Positions 12,727-25,310 are shown, counted from the first letter of the stretch. The stretch is 64,000 nt of DNA from Leucoraja erinacea (GCF_028641065.1 NC_073386.1:55180001-55244000), one strand, 5' to 3'. The notes: generated by a model from the letters alone, not told the origin. A program made the numbers and translations.

Positions 12727-15700
12727 ATAAGGAAAATAAAAGAGAACTTCAGCGGATAGAACAGAAGATAAAATTACTAGAACTGGACAATGCAACTGAC
12801 CCAACCATAAATAAACATAATAAGATAACTTTACTGAAATATAAAGTCAATAGAATATTATCGGCTAGAGTAATAAGATTATTCCAAATTACAAAACAAG
12901 CTCACTTCGAATTTGGGGATAAGCCACATAAACTGCTTGCGAGGCAACTGAAGCAACGAGAAAAGGAAAAAACTATTACAAAAATTAAATCGGACAAGGG
13001 TGAGTTTCTAACATTGCCTAAGGATATTAATAAGAGGTTTGCCCAATTTTATCATAATTTATACACATCCAAAATAAAGACAGATGTAAGTAAAATTACA
13101 AATGTTTTAGATAATTGCAAGCTGCCAAAATTGGATAGTTTAGAACAAGAGCAATTAGGAGCACGTATTACTAGTGAAGAAATAAAACTAATAATAAACT
13201 CATTGAAAAATGGGAAGACCCCAGGACCAGATGGCTTTAGTAATGAATTTTATAAAAGATTTCAGGAGTCAATTGTACCAAGATTATTTAACTTATACAC
13301 GCAGGCTTTTACTGAAAATAAACTACCAGAAACCCTAGCAGAAGCAACAATAACGCTTATACCAAAAAAAGATAAAGATTTAGATGAGCCTGGTTCTTAT
13401 AGAGCTATATCACTTCTAAATACGGATCAGAAAATTTTAGCAAAGATTCTAGCTAGAAGGCTAAATAATTATATTAACAATTTAATAAATACGGATCAAA
13501 CGGGATTTATACCCAAAAGACAATCATTTAATAATTTGAGAAGGCTTTTTAATATAATGTACTCTCATAAGAAGGACAATGAAGATATCTCAGTGGTCAC
13601 GTTGGATGCAGAGAAGGCATTTGATCAAGTAGAATGGCAGTATTTATACAAGGTACTCCAAAAATTTAATATGGGAGAGAATTTTATTAGATGGATTAAA
13701 CTACTTTATGATAGACCTACGGCAAGAATATTAACTAACAATACGCTATCTCCAAAATTTTACTTATCAAGGGGTAATAGGCAAGGGTGTGCCTTATCAC
13801 CATTGCTATTTGCCCTTATGATAGAACCGCTGGCCGAAAGGATTAGAAATCACCCGAATATTCACGGATATAACAGTAAGGACTCAAAGAATAAAATTTC
13901 ATTATACGCTGATGATATCCTTTTATATATTACTAATACACAAACGAGTATACCCACCTTATTAACACTAATTGAGGAATTCGGCTCTTTTTCAGGATAT
14001 AGAATAAATTGGAATAAAAGCGAAATTATGTCTTTAAATCCACAGGATTCGAGACACTTACTAAAATTCCCCTTCAAAATTGCAACAGAAAAATTCAAGT
14101 ACCTGGGTATTAAAATTACGAGAAGACACAAATCATTATTTAGTGCCAATTTTACACCACTATTAAATAAACTGAATGATACGATTAAATTTTGGAAAAC
14201 GCTTCCACTCTCATTGATAGGTAGAATTAACGCTATAAAAATGACTTTCTTACCACAATTAATATATTTGTTTCAAGCGATCCCAATATATATTCCAAAA
14301 TATTTCTTCAAAAAATTAGATTCCACTATCACTAATTTTATATGGGACTACAGAACACATAGAATTCAACGAAAGCATTTGTGCAAATCTAAAGAAGTTG
14401 GGGGTTTATCATTACCTAACTTTATATATTACTACTGGGCAGTGCATATTAAGAACATAATATACTGGCTGGATAGTTCCACTCAGCAGTTGGAGTGGAT
14501 AAGAATGGAGAAAGAGGAGTGCTATCCGCATGATATAGGAACGATCCTGCTCTCACCGATAAAATTGAATAGTATAATATATAAGAAGAACCCAATTATT
14601 CACAATATAATAAGAATTTGGAAACAAATAAAAGTATCCTTGAAATTAAATAATTTATCAGTACTAACTCCACTACTGAACAACCCCGCATTCAAACCTT
14701 CTCTCATTGACAACACATATCAACAATGGGATAGACTGGGGATTAGGAAAGTAGGGGACATGTATGAAGTGGGCAAACTGTTATCATTTCAACAATTAAA
14801 ATTAAAATTTAAATTGAAGGATAATCAATATTTTAAATATATACAGGTATGTGACTTTATGAAGAAATATACACATAGATTTCAAACTATATTTTTAGAT
14901 CCTTTAGAAGAAGCAATGAATATTAAGGCTGATTCACAAAAATTAATATCATACTTTTATAATAATATATTAAATAGAGAATCACCCTCAACAGAAGCAT
15001 TAAGGGAAGATTGGGAACAAGAGTTAATGATAAAGATCTCGAAGGATAGATGGGAAAAGTATTTGATGAATACACATAATTGTTCTATTAATGCAAGACA
15101 TAATTTAATTCAATTCAAATTATTACATAGACTATATTATTCAAAAACGAGGTTGAATAAATTTTATCCAAACGTCTCTCCCAGATGCGATAAATGTTTG
15201 TTTCAAAACGCTAATATAACACAATCATTTGCTGGATGTACAAAGTTGAATAAATTTTGGAGTGATATATTTGATATATTTACAAAGATTTTCAAGTCAA
15301 GAATAGAACCTAAAACGGAATGGATTATATTTGGAATAATAGGAGAAGATACCAATTTAAATAAAGATCAAAATGATTTTTTTAATTATGGGTTAATAAT
15401 TGGAAAGAAATTGATACTTAAATTTTGGAAAAATACAACCACACCAACTGTTAAAATGTGGATTAGGAATATGATGGACATAGCACGCCTTGAAGAAATG
15501 AGACTCCGACTAATAGATAAATATGACCAATTCTTAAAGAGTTGGTCTCCTTTCATCGACTTTTTGGAATCATGTGATGCAGCGGTGCCGTAAGGATTGC
15601 TGATTTCAGTTCATGACGCGGATAGAGTTACATCTCCGAATACAGATTTGAAAAATTCTCTTTTAAGGGGCCTTCTCTTCTATTTCTACTTTCCACTTTC

Positions 15701-15959
15701 TCTCTTCCTTTTTTTATTTTTCATATACACACTTCACGTTTTTCTACTCTCTACCATCTATTTTTCCACTTTTTCCCCTTTCTATTGTTTTCTTTTTCTT
15801 GTTCTGCTTACTTCCTTCTTATAACATAAAACTAGAGGTTGTACATAGAATGGATTACGGTATTACATAGTTGGCACCTAAAATTAGGTGCCACTGTACT
15901 GTTTTGTGCTGTATTAACTTCTTATAAAATAAACAAAAAAAAAACAAAACAAAAAAAAA
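12727..15959 (+). mobile_element. L1-clade LINE B, young, 5'-truncated, open ORF2 (RT + C-terminus)
   Basis: ORF 12702..15593 (963 aa: PGPDG, DAEKAFD, RQGCALSP, YADD), poly(A) tail, perfect TSD ACAAGAAGCTACCATA at 12711-12726 and 15960-15975. Confidence 0.95.
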
Positions 15960-17420
15960 ACAAGAAGCTACCATAGCGCACTCTTGTTTTTTGTATAAAA
16001 ATCCAAAAATTCTGGAACAAAATATTTTAAATCTTCACAAAATTAATTAAAATAAAATTGGTACCAAAAGCAGAATGGATCATTTTTGGAATATCGGAAG
16101 GTAACTCCGAACTAAACGCGTTTCAAAATAACTTACTTAATTACGGGCTAATAATGGGAAAAAAGCTTATACTCAAATTTTGGAAAAATGCTCCAATACC
16201 AACAATAAAAATGTGGATTTCACACATGTTCGAAACATTACACCTAGAAGAGATGAGACTCCTCCTAGCAGGCAAAGCAGACCATTTCCAAAAGAAGTGG
16301 TCTGTATTTATGGAACTATTACAAGCATAAGGTGCAATAGTAATTTAAAAGATAAATGGTACCAGGATCTGGTAATGGGGGGTAAAAAAAAAAAAAAAAA
16401 AAACATGGTTGGAATATCCTTTTTCGCAAAGTTTTGTGTTATAATAGAGCGATTGTTTCTCCTTTTTTTTCTTTCTAGGGTCTATTTCCTTTCTTTACTT
16501 CCTTCTCTAACTTCTTCCCTAAGGGGCTTTCTTTTCCCAACACTTTCCTGCACCTTCACGACTTGCTTACTTTCCTTACTTCTTTTATTTCTACCTTTTT
16601 TAAAGCTCGAAAAACGAAGTGGTACAACAAATGTAATAAGATATACATGATGTGTATTACTGTAATTTACTGTACTTCTAATAAAAATTAATTTAAATAA
16701 AATAAAATTTAAATAAAATTTAAATAAAATAAACTTACCAAATAGTGAAAAAAACCAAAAAGAAAAACCTCTTCTATACTCCCAGATTAGGTCGCCGCAG
16801 TGCGACAGCCCCTTTACTGTTCCTTAAATGTTGGGATCGTCCCAACTACCTCGTCTAGCAACTTGTTCCATACAACCAACACCTTTTGTGTGAAAAAGTT
16901 ACCCCTCAGATTCCTACTATATCTTTTCCCCTTCACCATAAATCTATGTCTGGTCATCAATGCACCCACTGATGCATCCGCCCAATGTATTCCTCTCATG
17001 ATTTATACACCTCTATAGGGTTATTTCACGAAAGGATAGATCCTCACCCACGTGACAGCAAAATTTAACTGGGGTACAAACGTCACTTCCAGTACATGTT
17101 ATTGATGCTGAAAACGCGCACTTTCAAACCTGTTAAAAACCGCGAAAACGGCCCGTTTTTGAGCTGTAAATAACTGTGCCAGTCGGGGTGACCGTGAGAC
17201 ACAGTTATCCTGCTTTAGAGTCCAGAAGATAGATAAAAACGAAGGTAAAGACAAGAGGGAGCAGAAGGAAAAATTACAACGGAAGTTGTTGGCCGTGCAG
17301 ATATAAAAATAGAAAATATCGGGAATTATCACGTTTGCTCTCTGCATTTCATCAAAACATCAATAATGCCTTGAAATGCAGAGAGCAAACGTGATAATCC
17401 GCGATCCATATACCTGTGTA

Positions 17421-18244
17421 AGGTACACAGGAATGCTGGAGAAACTCAGCGGGTGCAGCAGCATCTATGGAGTGAAAGAAATAGGCAACGTTTCGGTCCC
17501 AAACCCTTCTTCAGACTGATAGGGGGTGGGAAGAAGAAAGGAAAAAGGAGGAGGGGGAGCCCGAGGGCTGAGGGAGAGGTAGGAAGGGGAGGAGACAGCA
17601 AGGGTTAACAGAATTGTGAGAATTCAATGTTCATGCCCACAGGACGCAGACTCCCCAAGCGGAATACGAGGTGCTGTTCCTCCAATTTCCGGTGTTGCTC
17701 ACTCTGGCCAAGGAGGAGGCCCAAGACAGAGAGGTCAGATATGGAATGGAAGGGGGAGTTGAAGTGCCGAGCCACCGTGAGGTCAGGTTGGTTAATGTGG
17801 ACCGAGCGGAGGTGTTCGGCGAAACGATCGCCAAGCCTACGCTTGGTCTCACCGATATAGATCAGCTGACATCTAGAGCAGCGGATGCAATAGATGAGGT
17901 TGGAGGAGGTGCAGGTGAACCTCTGTCGCACCTGGAATGAACTGCTTGGGTCCTTGAATGGAGTCAAGGGGGGAGGTAAAGCGACAAGTCATCTCTTGCG
18001 GTTGCAAGGGAAAGTGCCTGGGGAAGGGGTGGAGCGGGAGGGAAGGGAAGAATTGACAAGGGAGTTACGGAGGGAGCAGTCTTTGCGGAAGACAGATGGG
18101 GGGGGGGAAGATGGGAAGATGTGGTGAGTGGTGGGGTCACGTTGGAGGTGGCAAAATTGACGGAGGACTATTTGTTGGATGTGCCAGCTAGTGGGGTGAA
18201 AGGTGAGGACCAGGGGGACTCTGCCCTTATTGCGAGTGGAGGGG
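17421..18244 (-). mobile_element. Penelope-like 3' fragment (GIY-YIG)
   Basis: ORF 17605..17967 IYCIRCSRCQLIYIGETKRRLGDRFAEH. Confidence 0.88.
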
Positions 18245-18414
18245 CGCATGTACATGTCCCTTAAATGTTGGGATAGTCCCAGCCTCAACTACCATGGATG
18301 GTATGAATGTTCCCCCATAAATCCAAATCATTCTTGTCCCCCTTCGTAATAATTTAAGTGAACATACTTTTCACATTCAGTTCCTGTAAATTTCTCATTA
18401 ATTTCCACACAAAC

Positions 18415-18678
18415 CTTGAACCTGGAGTTTGGTGATGTTGATCTGCTTCCCCAGAGCATTAATGGCCTCACATTGATACAGCCCTGCATCAGCTGGCTTG
18501 ACATCACGGATTGTCAATGTCCCATTCGCATAGTCTAGCTCGCTCCATCCGCTCGCTGACTGCCTCCTCAGTACAAGATGGGCAGGGCGGTTGGACTGGG
18601 TTGTGCAGCTGAACGTGACCCTGTCTCCTCCCTTCACAGCAGAGGGGGTGATGGAGAGAGTCGTGTCCCTGGGGCTAC
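18415..18678 (-). CDS. VCAM1: Copy B repeat-type Ig exon (only intact one)
   Basis: 264 nt, ORF 18398..18637. Confidence 0.72.
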
Positions 18679-19256
18679 CTGAGATCAGATGTGTGAGAAA
18701 TTAATAAATTGCAAAAAGTTGAGCCAAATCCGTGCAAAGAAACATAGTCATAGTCATAAAGTGATATAGTGTGGAAACAGGCCCTTCGGCCCAACTTGTC
18801 CAAACCAGCTACACTCGTCCCACCTGCCCGCATTTGGTCCATGTCCCTCCAAACCTGCCCTATCCATGTACCTGTCTAACTGTTTCTTAAATGTTGGGAT
18901 CGTCCCTGCCTCAGCTACCTCCTCTAGCAGCTTGTTCTATACACCCACCAACCTTTGTGTGAAAAAGTTACCGCTCAGATTCCTACGAAATCTTTTCCCC
19001 TTCACCATAAACCTATGTCTGGTCATCGATGCACCCACTATACCCAATCTATTCCTCTCCTGATTTATACACCTCTACAAGATCATCCCTCACCTGCTCT
19101 CCAAGGAATAGAGTCCCAGCCTGCCCAACCTCTCCCTATAGCTCAGACCCTTTAGCCCTGGTGACATCCTGGTAAATCTTCTCTCATCCCTTTCCAACTT
19201 GACCACGTCTTTCCTATAACAGTGATAGTAAAATTACAATAGTGAAACAAACGCAC

Positions 19257-19523
19257 CTTGAACGTGGAATTCCACCTCCTTGGTGATTGTCCCCAGTTTA
19301 TTGCCGGCTTCACAGCGGTACATTCCCGTGTCCCCGAACAGGGCCGGTGACAGGTGCAGAATCGCTCGGTCCTCGGCCACGACTGACCAGTTGCCGGCGG
19401 ATAACTTGCTCCACACTATCGTGGCAGCGGGGCTGCTGTCTGCAGCACAGGTTAGCCGAACATCCTGACCCTCTCTCACTGTGGCAGAGGGCTCTGCAGT
19501 AATGTCAATCCCCGTGGGAGCAT
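19257..19523 (-). CDS. VCAM1: Copy B exon 4, D3
   Basis: 267 nt, identical by eye to 58391-58657. Confidence 0.75.
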
Positions 19524-19640
19524 CTGTAGAAGGAGATGGGATAATTCACTACATTAAAGGCGGGCGACTTAAACCATTGTCCAGACTAGTCTATGACTGT
19601 GATTCCGTTCTCAATGTTATATCTCTGTCTCCATACTTAC

Positions 19641-19943
19641 AGTGAACCTGTAACGTTAGCGACCCCTCGGCCTTGCGTGGTTGGTTCTCCGTGAGTAATT
19701 GCACTCGGCATGTCAGCTCTTGTCCCGAGTCTCGCAATTCAGGCGTCAGTTCGTAGATGAAGTTCATCGCCGTTTCTTCCTCTGTGTAGTCACGGAAGCT
19801 GTCGGTCTTCACCAATGTTGTTCCTTTCAGCCACTCCACCTCCACTTGAGCGGGGTAGACTTTGGGGACCGTACATCTCACTGAGCCTCTCTGGCCAACT
19901 TCCAGACTGCCCACAGTCTCCACGATGAGTGTGTCGGACAGAG
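19641..19943 (-). CDS. VCAM1: Copy B exon 3, D2
   Basis: 303 nt, intact, ORF 19591..19923. Confidence 0.75.
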
Positions 19944-20124
19944 CTGCAACACAGAGAAAACAGAAGGAAAACTGCTCTCTTCAGACGCTGCGCTATAACG
20001 AGTGAAATCCCCCCAGAACAATGACCTTTCAGTGGAACAGCAGATGCTGGTTTAAACCGAAGATAGACACAAAAAGCTGGAGTAACTCAGCAGGACAGGT
20101 AGTATCTCTGAGAAAGAAGGAACG

Positions 20125-21575
20125 CAGGGCTGGGCTGGGCTTAAGCCCATTAGACCGATTGCTACCAATTGGGCCGCGCCCCGACGGGGGCAGCGCTGGA
20201 GTCATCCAAACATAGAAACATAGCAATTATGTGCAGGAGTAGGCCATTAGGCCCTTCGAGCCTGCACCGCCATTCAATATGATCATGGCTGATCATCCAA
20301 CTCAGTATCCCGTACCTGCCTTCTCTCTATACCCCCTGATCCCCTTAGCCACAAGGGTCACATCTAACTCCCTCTTAAATATAGCCAATGAACTGGCCTC
20401 AACTACCCTCTGTGGCAGAGAGTTCCAGAGATTCACCACTCTCTGTGTGAAAAAAGTTCTTCTCATCTCGGTTTTAAAGGATTTCCCCCTTATCCTTAAG
20501 CTGTGACCCCTTGTCCTGGACTTCCATAACATCGGAAACAATCTTCCTGCATCTAGCCTGTCCAACCCCTTAAGAACCTCCGCTCTAGGATCCGCTCCGC
20601 TCTAGGATCTTTGGAGAAATCTACTCTCGGCTCGGGTAGATCTACCCCGGGTGGAGGGAGAGTAGAGGGATGGAGGGGGAAGAAAGGGATAGATGGGGAG
20701 GGGGTGTGAGGGGGAATGGGGAAGGGGAGAAGGGGAGGGGGTGGGTCGTTCCATCACGGTCCCGGGATAGCGCACCCGCCCCTCCACTCGCCGTGCTTCA
20801 TGTACACATCCCCGGCTCCACCCCTCTCTCTCCCCGGGGACACGTGGTGAACAATACAGGGCCGGCCGGGGGTTGGAGCAATGTTTACAAACCTCGGCCT
20901 CAGCTCACACCCATCCGCCCAGACCCCAGCATCCGCTCATGCCGCCTCCCTCCCTTCTTTTCTTCGCTTCCTCCCTTCTCTCCTTTCCTTTCCTTTCTCT
21001 CCGCTCCATCCCTTCTTTCTCTCCTTCCCTCCATCCTTTGTCTACTTCCCCTCCCTGCCTTCTGTCCTTCCTCCCTTCTCTCCTTCCCTCCCACACACAC
21101 ACATAACGCACAGACAACTAACACACACACAACTAAGTTAGGATGGGGTAGATGCCCAAATGGTAGGATGGGGCTGAACCCCACAATTTAATGCCTGGAC
21201 TGGTTTTTCACGAATGGTTATTGGTTTTCCAGGATCTATTTAATTAAATTACTTTTTTTTCTTCATTTCACTGCCACTAAAACAAGTGGTATTGTAACGA
21301 TGTACTTTTCAGAGGTGATCTACACATTTTGTTTGTTACTTGTAGGCTTACATGTATGCAATTTTATATTAAAATGTAGCTTAGATCTGTTTGGTCCATT
21401 AACTCGCAGGCACATTTTAAGCGCACATTTTGACTACTTTCCATTCTACCATAGAGATATAAAGTCTATAATAGACTTTATTTGTATTTCTATGATTCTA
21501 CAGACCTTGGCTGGGATCCTGGGACTAACCAAAAGTGTCCCCAATTGGGCCCCGCACCTCCTAAGGCCGGCCATG
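20125..21575. mobile_element. Non-autonomous hAT-like insertion in copy B intron 2
   Basis: Absent from copy A; 8-bp TSD AAGGAACG (20117-20124) / GAGGAACG (21576-21583); TIR-like CAGGGCTGG...CCGGCCATG. Confidence 0.65.
20209..20576 (-). mobile_element. CR1 3' fragment
   Basis: TRGHSLR..FFTQRVVNLWNSLP; (TTTCTATG)n tail. Confidence 0.85.
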
Positions 21576-21725
21576 GAGGAACGGGTGAGGTTTCGGGTCG
21601 AGATTCTGTTTTTCTCTTCGTGGAGACTGCACGAATAATTGAGTGTTTCCAGTATTTTTTTAAACTTTTATGTGGCCGGACAAAGTTGCAACAAGTTTAC
21701 AGTCGGGAGATGGGTTAATACTCAC

Positions 21726-22002
21726 AGAATATATTGAGGTTGGCATATGTTCGTTTTTTCTTCTGTGCCGCATTTTGCGGAACAAGTGTACTTGTGTTGG
21801 TTCTGAGTAGTAACCGCGGAGATGGTGAATGTGGACACCGAGCCCCGAGTTGTGATTGTTCCGCCCAGGGGGTTATCGGTCCCGATTCTCCACGTGAAGG
21901 TCGGAGACGAGCAGTTCTTCGCCTCACAGTTCAACTCCAGCGAGTCCCCGATACGAGCCCACACGTTTCTAGACGGGTTTAACTCCAAATTGAAGGCGGA
22001 TC
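21726..22002 (-). CDS. VCAM1: Copy B exon 2, D1 (frameshifted near 3' end)
   Basis: Split across ORFs 21722..22030 and 21715..21927; 277 vs 276 nt. Confidence 0.7.
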
Positions 22003-22192
22003 CTGCAGTTTTGAAACAACACAAAAACAATATTATTTTTTTAAAAGCTTACAAGTTTAACGCTTTAAATATTCACCTCTTTGTTTCTTTAAACAAACAT
22101 ATACCAAAATTGATACTTTGGTGCCTGATATTTAACACAAGACGAATCGTAAGAAAATGCAGATTATTAATGGTGTAAAATAAATGAGAAAC

Positions 22193-22253
22193 CTGTGGCG
22201 AGCATCAATGCAAGAGTAATTGTAGCGGCTGGGTCGCATCTGTCTCCAGCCAT
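22193..22253 (-). CDS. VCAM1: Copy B exon 1, signal peptide MAGDRCDPAATITLALMLAT(G)
   Basis: 61 nt, same start and donor as copy A. Confidence 0.7.
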
Positions 22254-22359
22254 GGTTCAGCGGCACTCGGACACACACACACACACAAGCCGAGGTTGAC
22301 TTCACTTATGCAAGGGGCGTCAGGCTCTGGAGCTGTGAGCCTGGGCTCCGCCGCCCCGC

Positions 22360-22469
22360 TTTATAACCCCGTCTGGAAGAGCAGGGAACTTCCCTTGGCT
22401 TCAGGCGAGCAATCCCCACCACGCACCGCTCACTGGCTCCTGGTCTTTCTCTGCTGAAGGGAATTTACC
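22360..22469 (-). promoter_or_regulatory. Copy B promoter: TATAAA (22360-22365), kB-like sites 22384-22394 and 22459-22469
   Basis: Same motifs as the copy A promoter. Confidence 0.65.
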
Positions 22470-23769
22470 ACAAAGGGCATCGCAGTTCAAATAAACACAA
22501 ATAAAAAACATATTTTTCCCAGGTTTTCCAATTCCATATCTTGCAAATCATAACTAGACACTTATGGAAGCGCAGAATCACATTTTTTTGTTAAATGCAT
22601 TTTACGCACGAACGAGAGCCACTCGGCCCATCGGATTCGTGCCAGCACAAACTAAGGGCCATCCATTTGGATCCCACTTGCTCCTCTCCCCATGATCCTG
22701 CAAATCCTTCCATTAATGTTTCCAGCTTTCTTGGAATGCAAACACGGAATGTGTTTCGTTTCTCTCATGTCACTATTAATTATTTGCCAATCGCCTTAAT
22801 TCTTTTTCACCTCCTTTTTGACGCCAAGACCAATGGGTCCATTTATTTTCGACTTTCAACCATCTTCACTGACCTGTGCCCACATCAGTGTCCTCCCGTG
22901 TTATGTTTCAACGAGACTATAGAAGGACACGTATAGAATGTAGCACAGGGTGGGGGTTCTAAAGCGGGTCTCTACCAGAGCACCTCATAAGTCAGATCAT
23001 ACCCCAAGTACCTCTGCTCATGCACCTCTTTTGGGACAGGATGCTTCATTCCACATTGTCCTGCCCACCAAACTGCATCACTGTACTTTTCTCTGCTTGA
23101 GGATCAAAGGAAATATTTTAGGAGTGGATCATTTGTCCCCTCCAGCTTGCTCTGCTAATCATCAAGATCATAGCCTATCTTCGAACTCCATCTCATTTTC
23201 TCTGACTATTCATAAATCCTTCCCTGAATATCTGAATATTACTCCTCATCTGAGCCCTAAATTATCTAATGTTGTTCTGGTTCAAATTCCTGAAAGGGAA
23301 AACATTCTCCCTGCATCCTCTCATTCTAATCTAGAGAGAAAAACAGGTCCAGTCTATTCAATATCTCATCCCAATGAAAACTTACCATTCCTGGAAGCAG
23401 TCTGCTGATTTTATTTTTGCACTCCCTTTATACAAGAACATGTCTTTTGGTTACAGAGAACAAAACTGAACATAATGCCCCATGTGTGGTCTTCCTAAGG
23501 ATCTTTATAATTGCAGAAAGACATCCTATGCCTGGACTCAAATACTCTCATCATAAGGTTACATACTTTTGCTTCCTAAATTCTGCTCTAACTCCATTTA
23601 CATGTTTGTCGATGATACCACCATAGTGGATCGAAACTCAAACAATGATGAGATGGAGTACAGGAAGTAGAGAGATTAGTAATAGGGTAGACACAAAATG
23701 CTGGAGTAACTCAGCGGGACAGGCAGCATCTCTGGAGAGAAGGAATGGGCAATGTTTCGGGTCAAGACA

Positions 23770-24950
23770 GGTAGGTTTGCCACTGCTACACCGGTGGTTT
23801 TAAACTGAATAAGGGGATGGGGTGTCAAATGGGATAGTCGAGGATGGAGTTAAAGGGAAAGCGAGTAAAGGGATGGTTAATGACCTCAATATTAACAGGA
23901 AAGGAAGCTCACAAAGGGATAGGAGAGTATGGACAAGTGTAATAAGCATCGATGTGAAAGGTGAGATGTGTAAGGAATTAAAAGTATTGTATATGAATGC
24001 GCAAAGTATAAGAAGTAAAGTAGATGAGCTCGAGGCTCAGTTAGAAGTTGGTAGATATGACATTATAGAAACATAGAAACATAGAAATTGGGTGCAGGAG
24101 TAGGCCATTCAGCCCTTCGACGTTGTGGTAGAAATGTGGTTGCAGGAGAATCAGCCTGGGAACTTAATATTCAGGGTTATACATCCTATAGAAAGGACAG
24201 GCAGGTGGTCAGAGAAGGGGGGGTAGCTCTGCTGGTGAGGAGGGAGTTCAGTCTCTTGCGAGGGAAGACATAGGGACTGACGAGTTAGGGTCACTGTAGA
24301 TTGAGTTGAGGAATTGTAAAGGCAAGAAGACACTAATTGGTGTTATTTCAGACCCCCAAATAGTAGCCCGGATGTAGGGTGTAAGTTGCAGCAGGAGTTA
24401 AAACTGGCATGTAACAAAGGTAATGCCACTGTGGTGGTGGGGGATTTCAATATGCAGGTACACTGGGAAAATCAGGTTGGTTCAGGACCCCAAGAAAGAG
24501 AGTTTGTCGAATGCCTCCGAGATGGATTCTTCGAGCAGCTTTTAATGCAGCCGACCAGAGAAAAGGCAATTTGGGATTTAGTGTTGTCCAATGAACCAGA
24601 TATGATAAGAGAACTCGAGGAAAAGGAACCGCTTGGAGGTAGTGATCATAATATGATTAGTTTTAATCTCCAATTTGAGAAGGAGAATGTTAAATCGGAA
24701 GTGGCAGTGATGCAGTTGAACAAAGGGGACTATGAAGGCATGAGAGGGAAGCTGGCCAAAGTAGACTGGAAAGGGATCCTAGCAGGAATGACGGTGGAAC
24801 AGCAATGGCAGGAATTTCTGGGCATAATCCGGAAGACGCAGGAGCATTTCATTCCAAAAAGGAAGAAAGATTCTAAGGGGAGCAGGAGGCAACCGTGGCT
24901 GACAAGAGAAGTTAGGGATGGAATAAAACAAAAAGAAAAGGGGCCAAAGA
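23770..24950 (+). mobile_element. CR1 ORF2 endonuclease fragment
   Basis: YMNAQSIRSK, GGVALLV, VVGDFN, LGGSDHN. Confidence 0.8.
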
Positions 24951-25007
24951 TATAAGCAATGTTCCAGGCTTGTTGTTGCACGCAGCAGGATTTATTCATC
25001 GTTTTGG

Positions 25008-25310
25008 GTGGCACAGTGGCACAGCGGTAGAGTTACTGCCTGACAACACCTGAGACCCAGGTTCAATCCTGACTACTAGTGCTGTCCGTGTGGAGTTTGT
25101 ACATTCTCCCTGATTTCTGTGTTGGTTTCTCTGGGTGCTTCAGTTCCCTCCCACACTCCAAAGACGTGCAAGTTTTGTAGCTTAATTAGTTTCTGTAAAT
25201 TGTCCTTAGTGTGTAGGATAGAACTAGTGTATTGGTGATCGATGGTTGGCGTAGTGGGCCGAAGGGCCTGTTTCTACGCTGCATCTCTAAACTTAACTAA
25301 AACTAAACTA
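25008..25310 (+). mobile_element. tRNA-derived V-SINE (HE1-like)
   Basis: A box TGGCACAGCGG, B box GGTTCAATCC, V-SINE core GTGGAGTTTGTACATTCTCCC, tail GGGCCGAAGGGCCTG..CTAAA. Confidence 0.75.

Larger units (their letters stand above)
7927..16765 (+). mobile_element. L1-clade LINE A (5'-truncated, interrupted twice)
   Basis: ORF2 pieces 7927-9315 (RQGCSLSP, YADD), 12531-12726 and 15976-16330; AT-rich tail ~16680-16760; degenerate TSD CTCTTCTA(G/T)AACTC at ~7913-7926 and ~16769-16781. Confidence 0.85.
7229..16812. mobile_element. Harbinger-like non-autonomous element hosting nested LINEs
   Basis: Left TIR GGGCCTGTCCCACTG (7229), degenerate right TIR CAGTGCGACAGCCCC (~16798-16812); the interrupted intron sequence TCTA|ACTG rejoins across it. 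Confidence 0.55.
18415..22253 (-). pseudogene. VCAM1: VCAM1-like copy B (recent tandem duplicate; frameshift in D1 as assembled; no TM exon found)
   Basis: Exons 22193-22253, 21726-22002 (277 nt, +1 T in T6 run 21754-21759), 19641-19943, 19257-19523 and 18415-18678 are near-identical to copy A. Confidence 0.7.
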
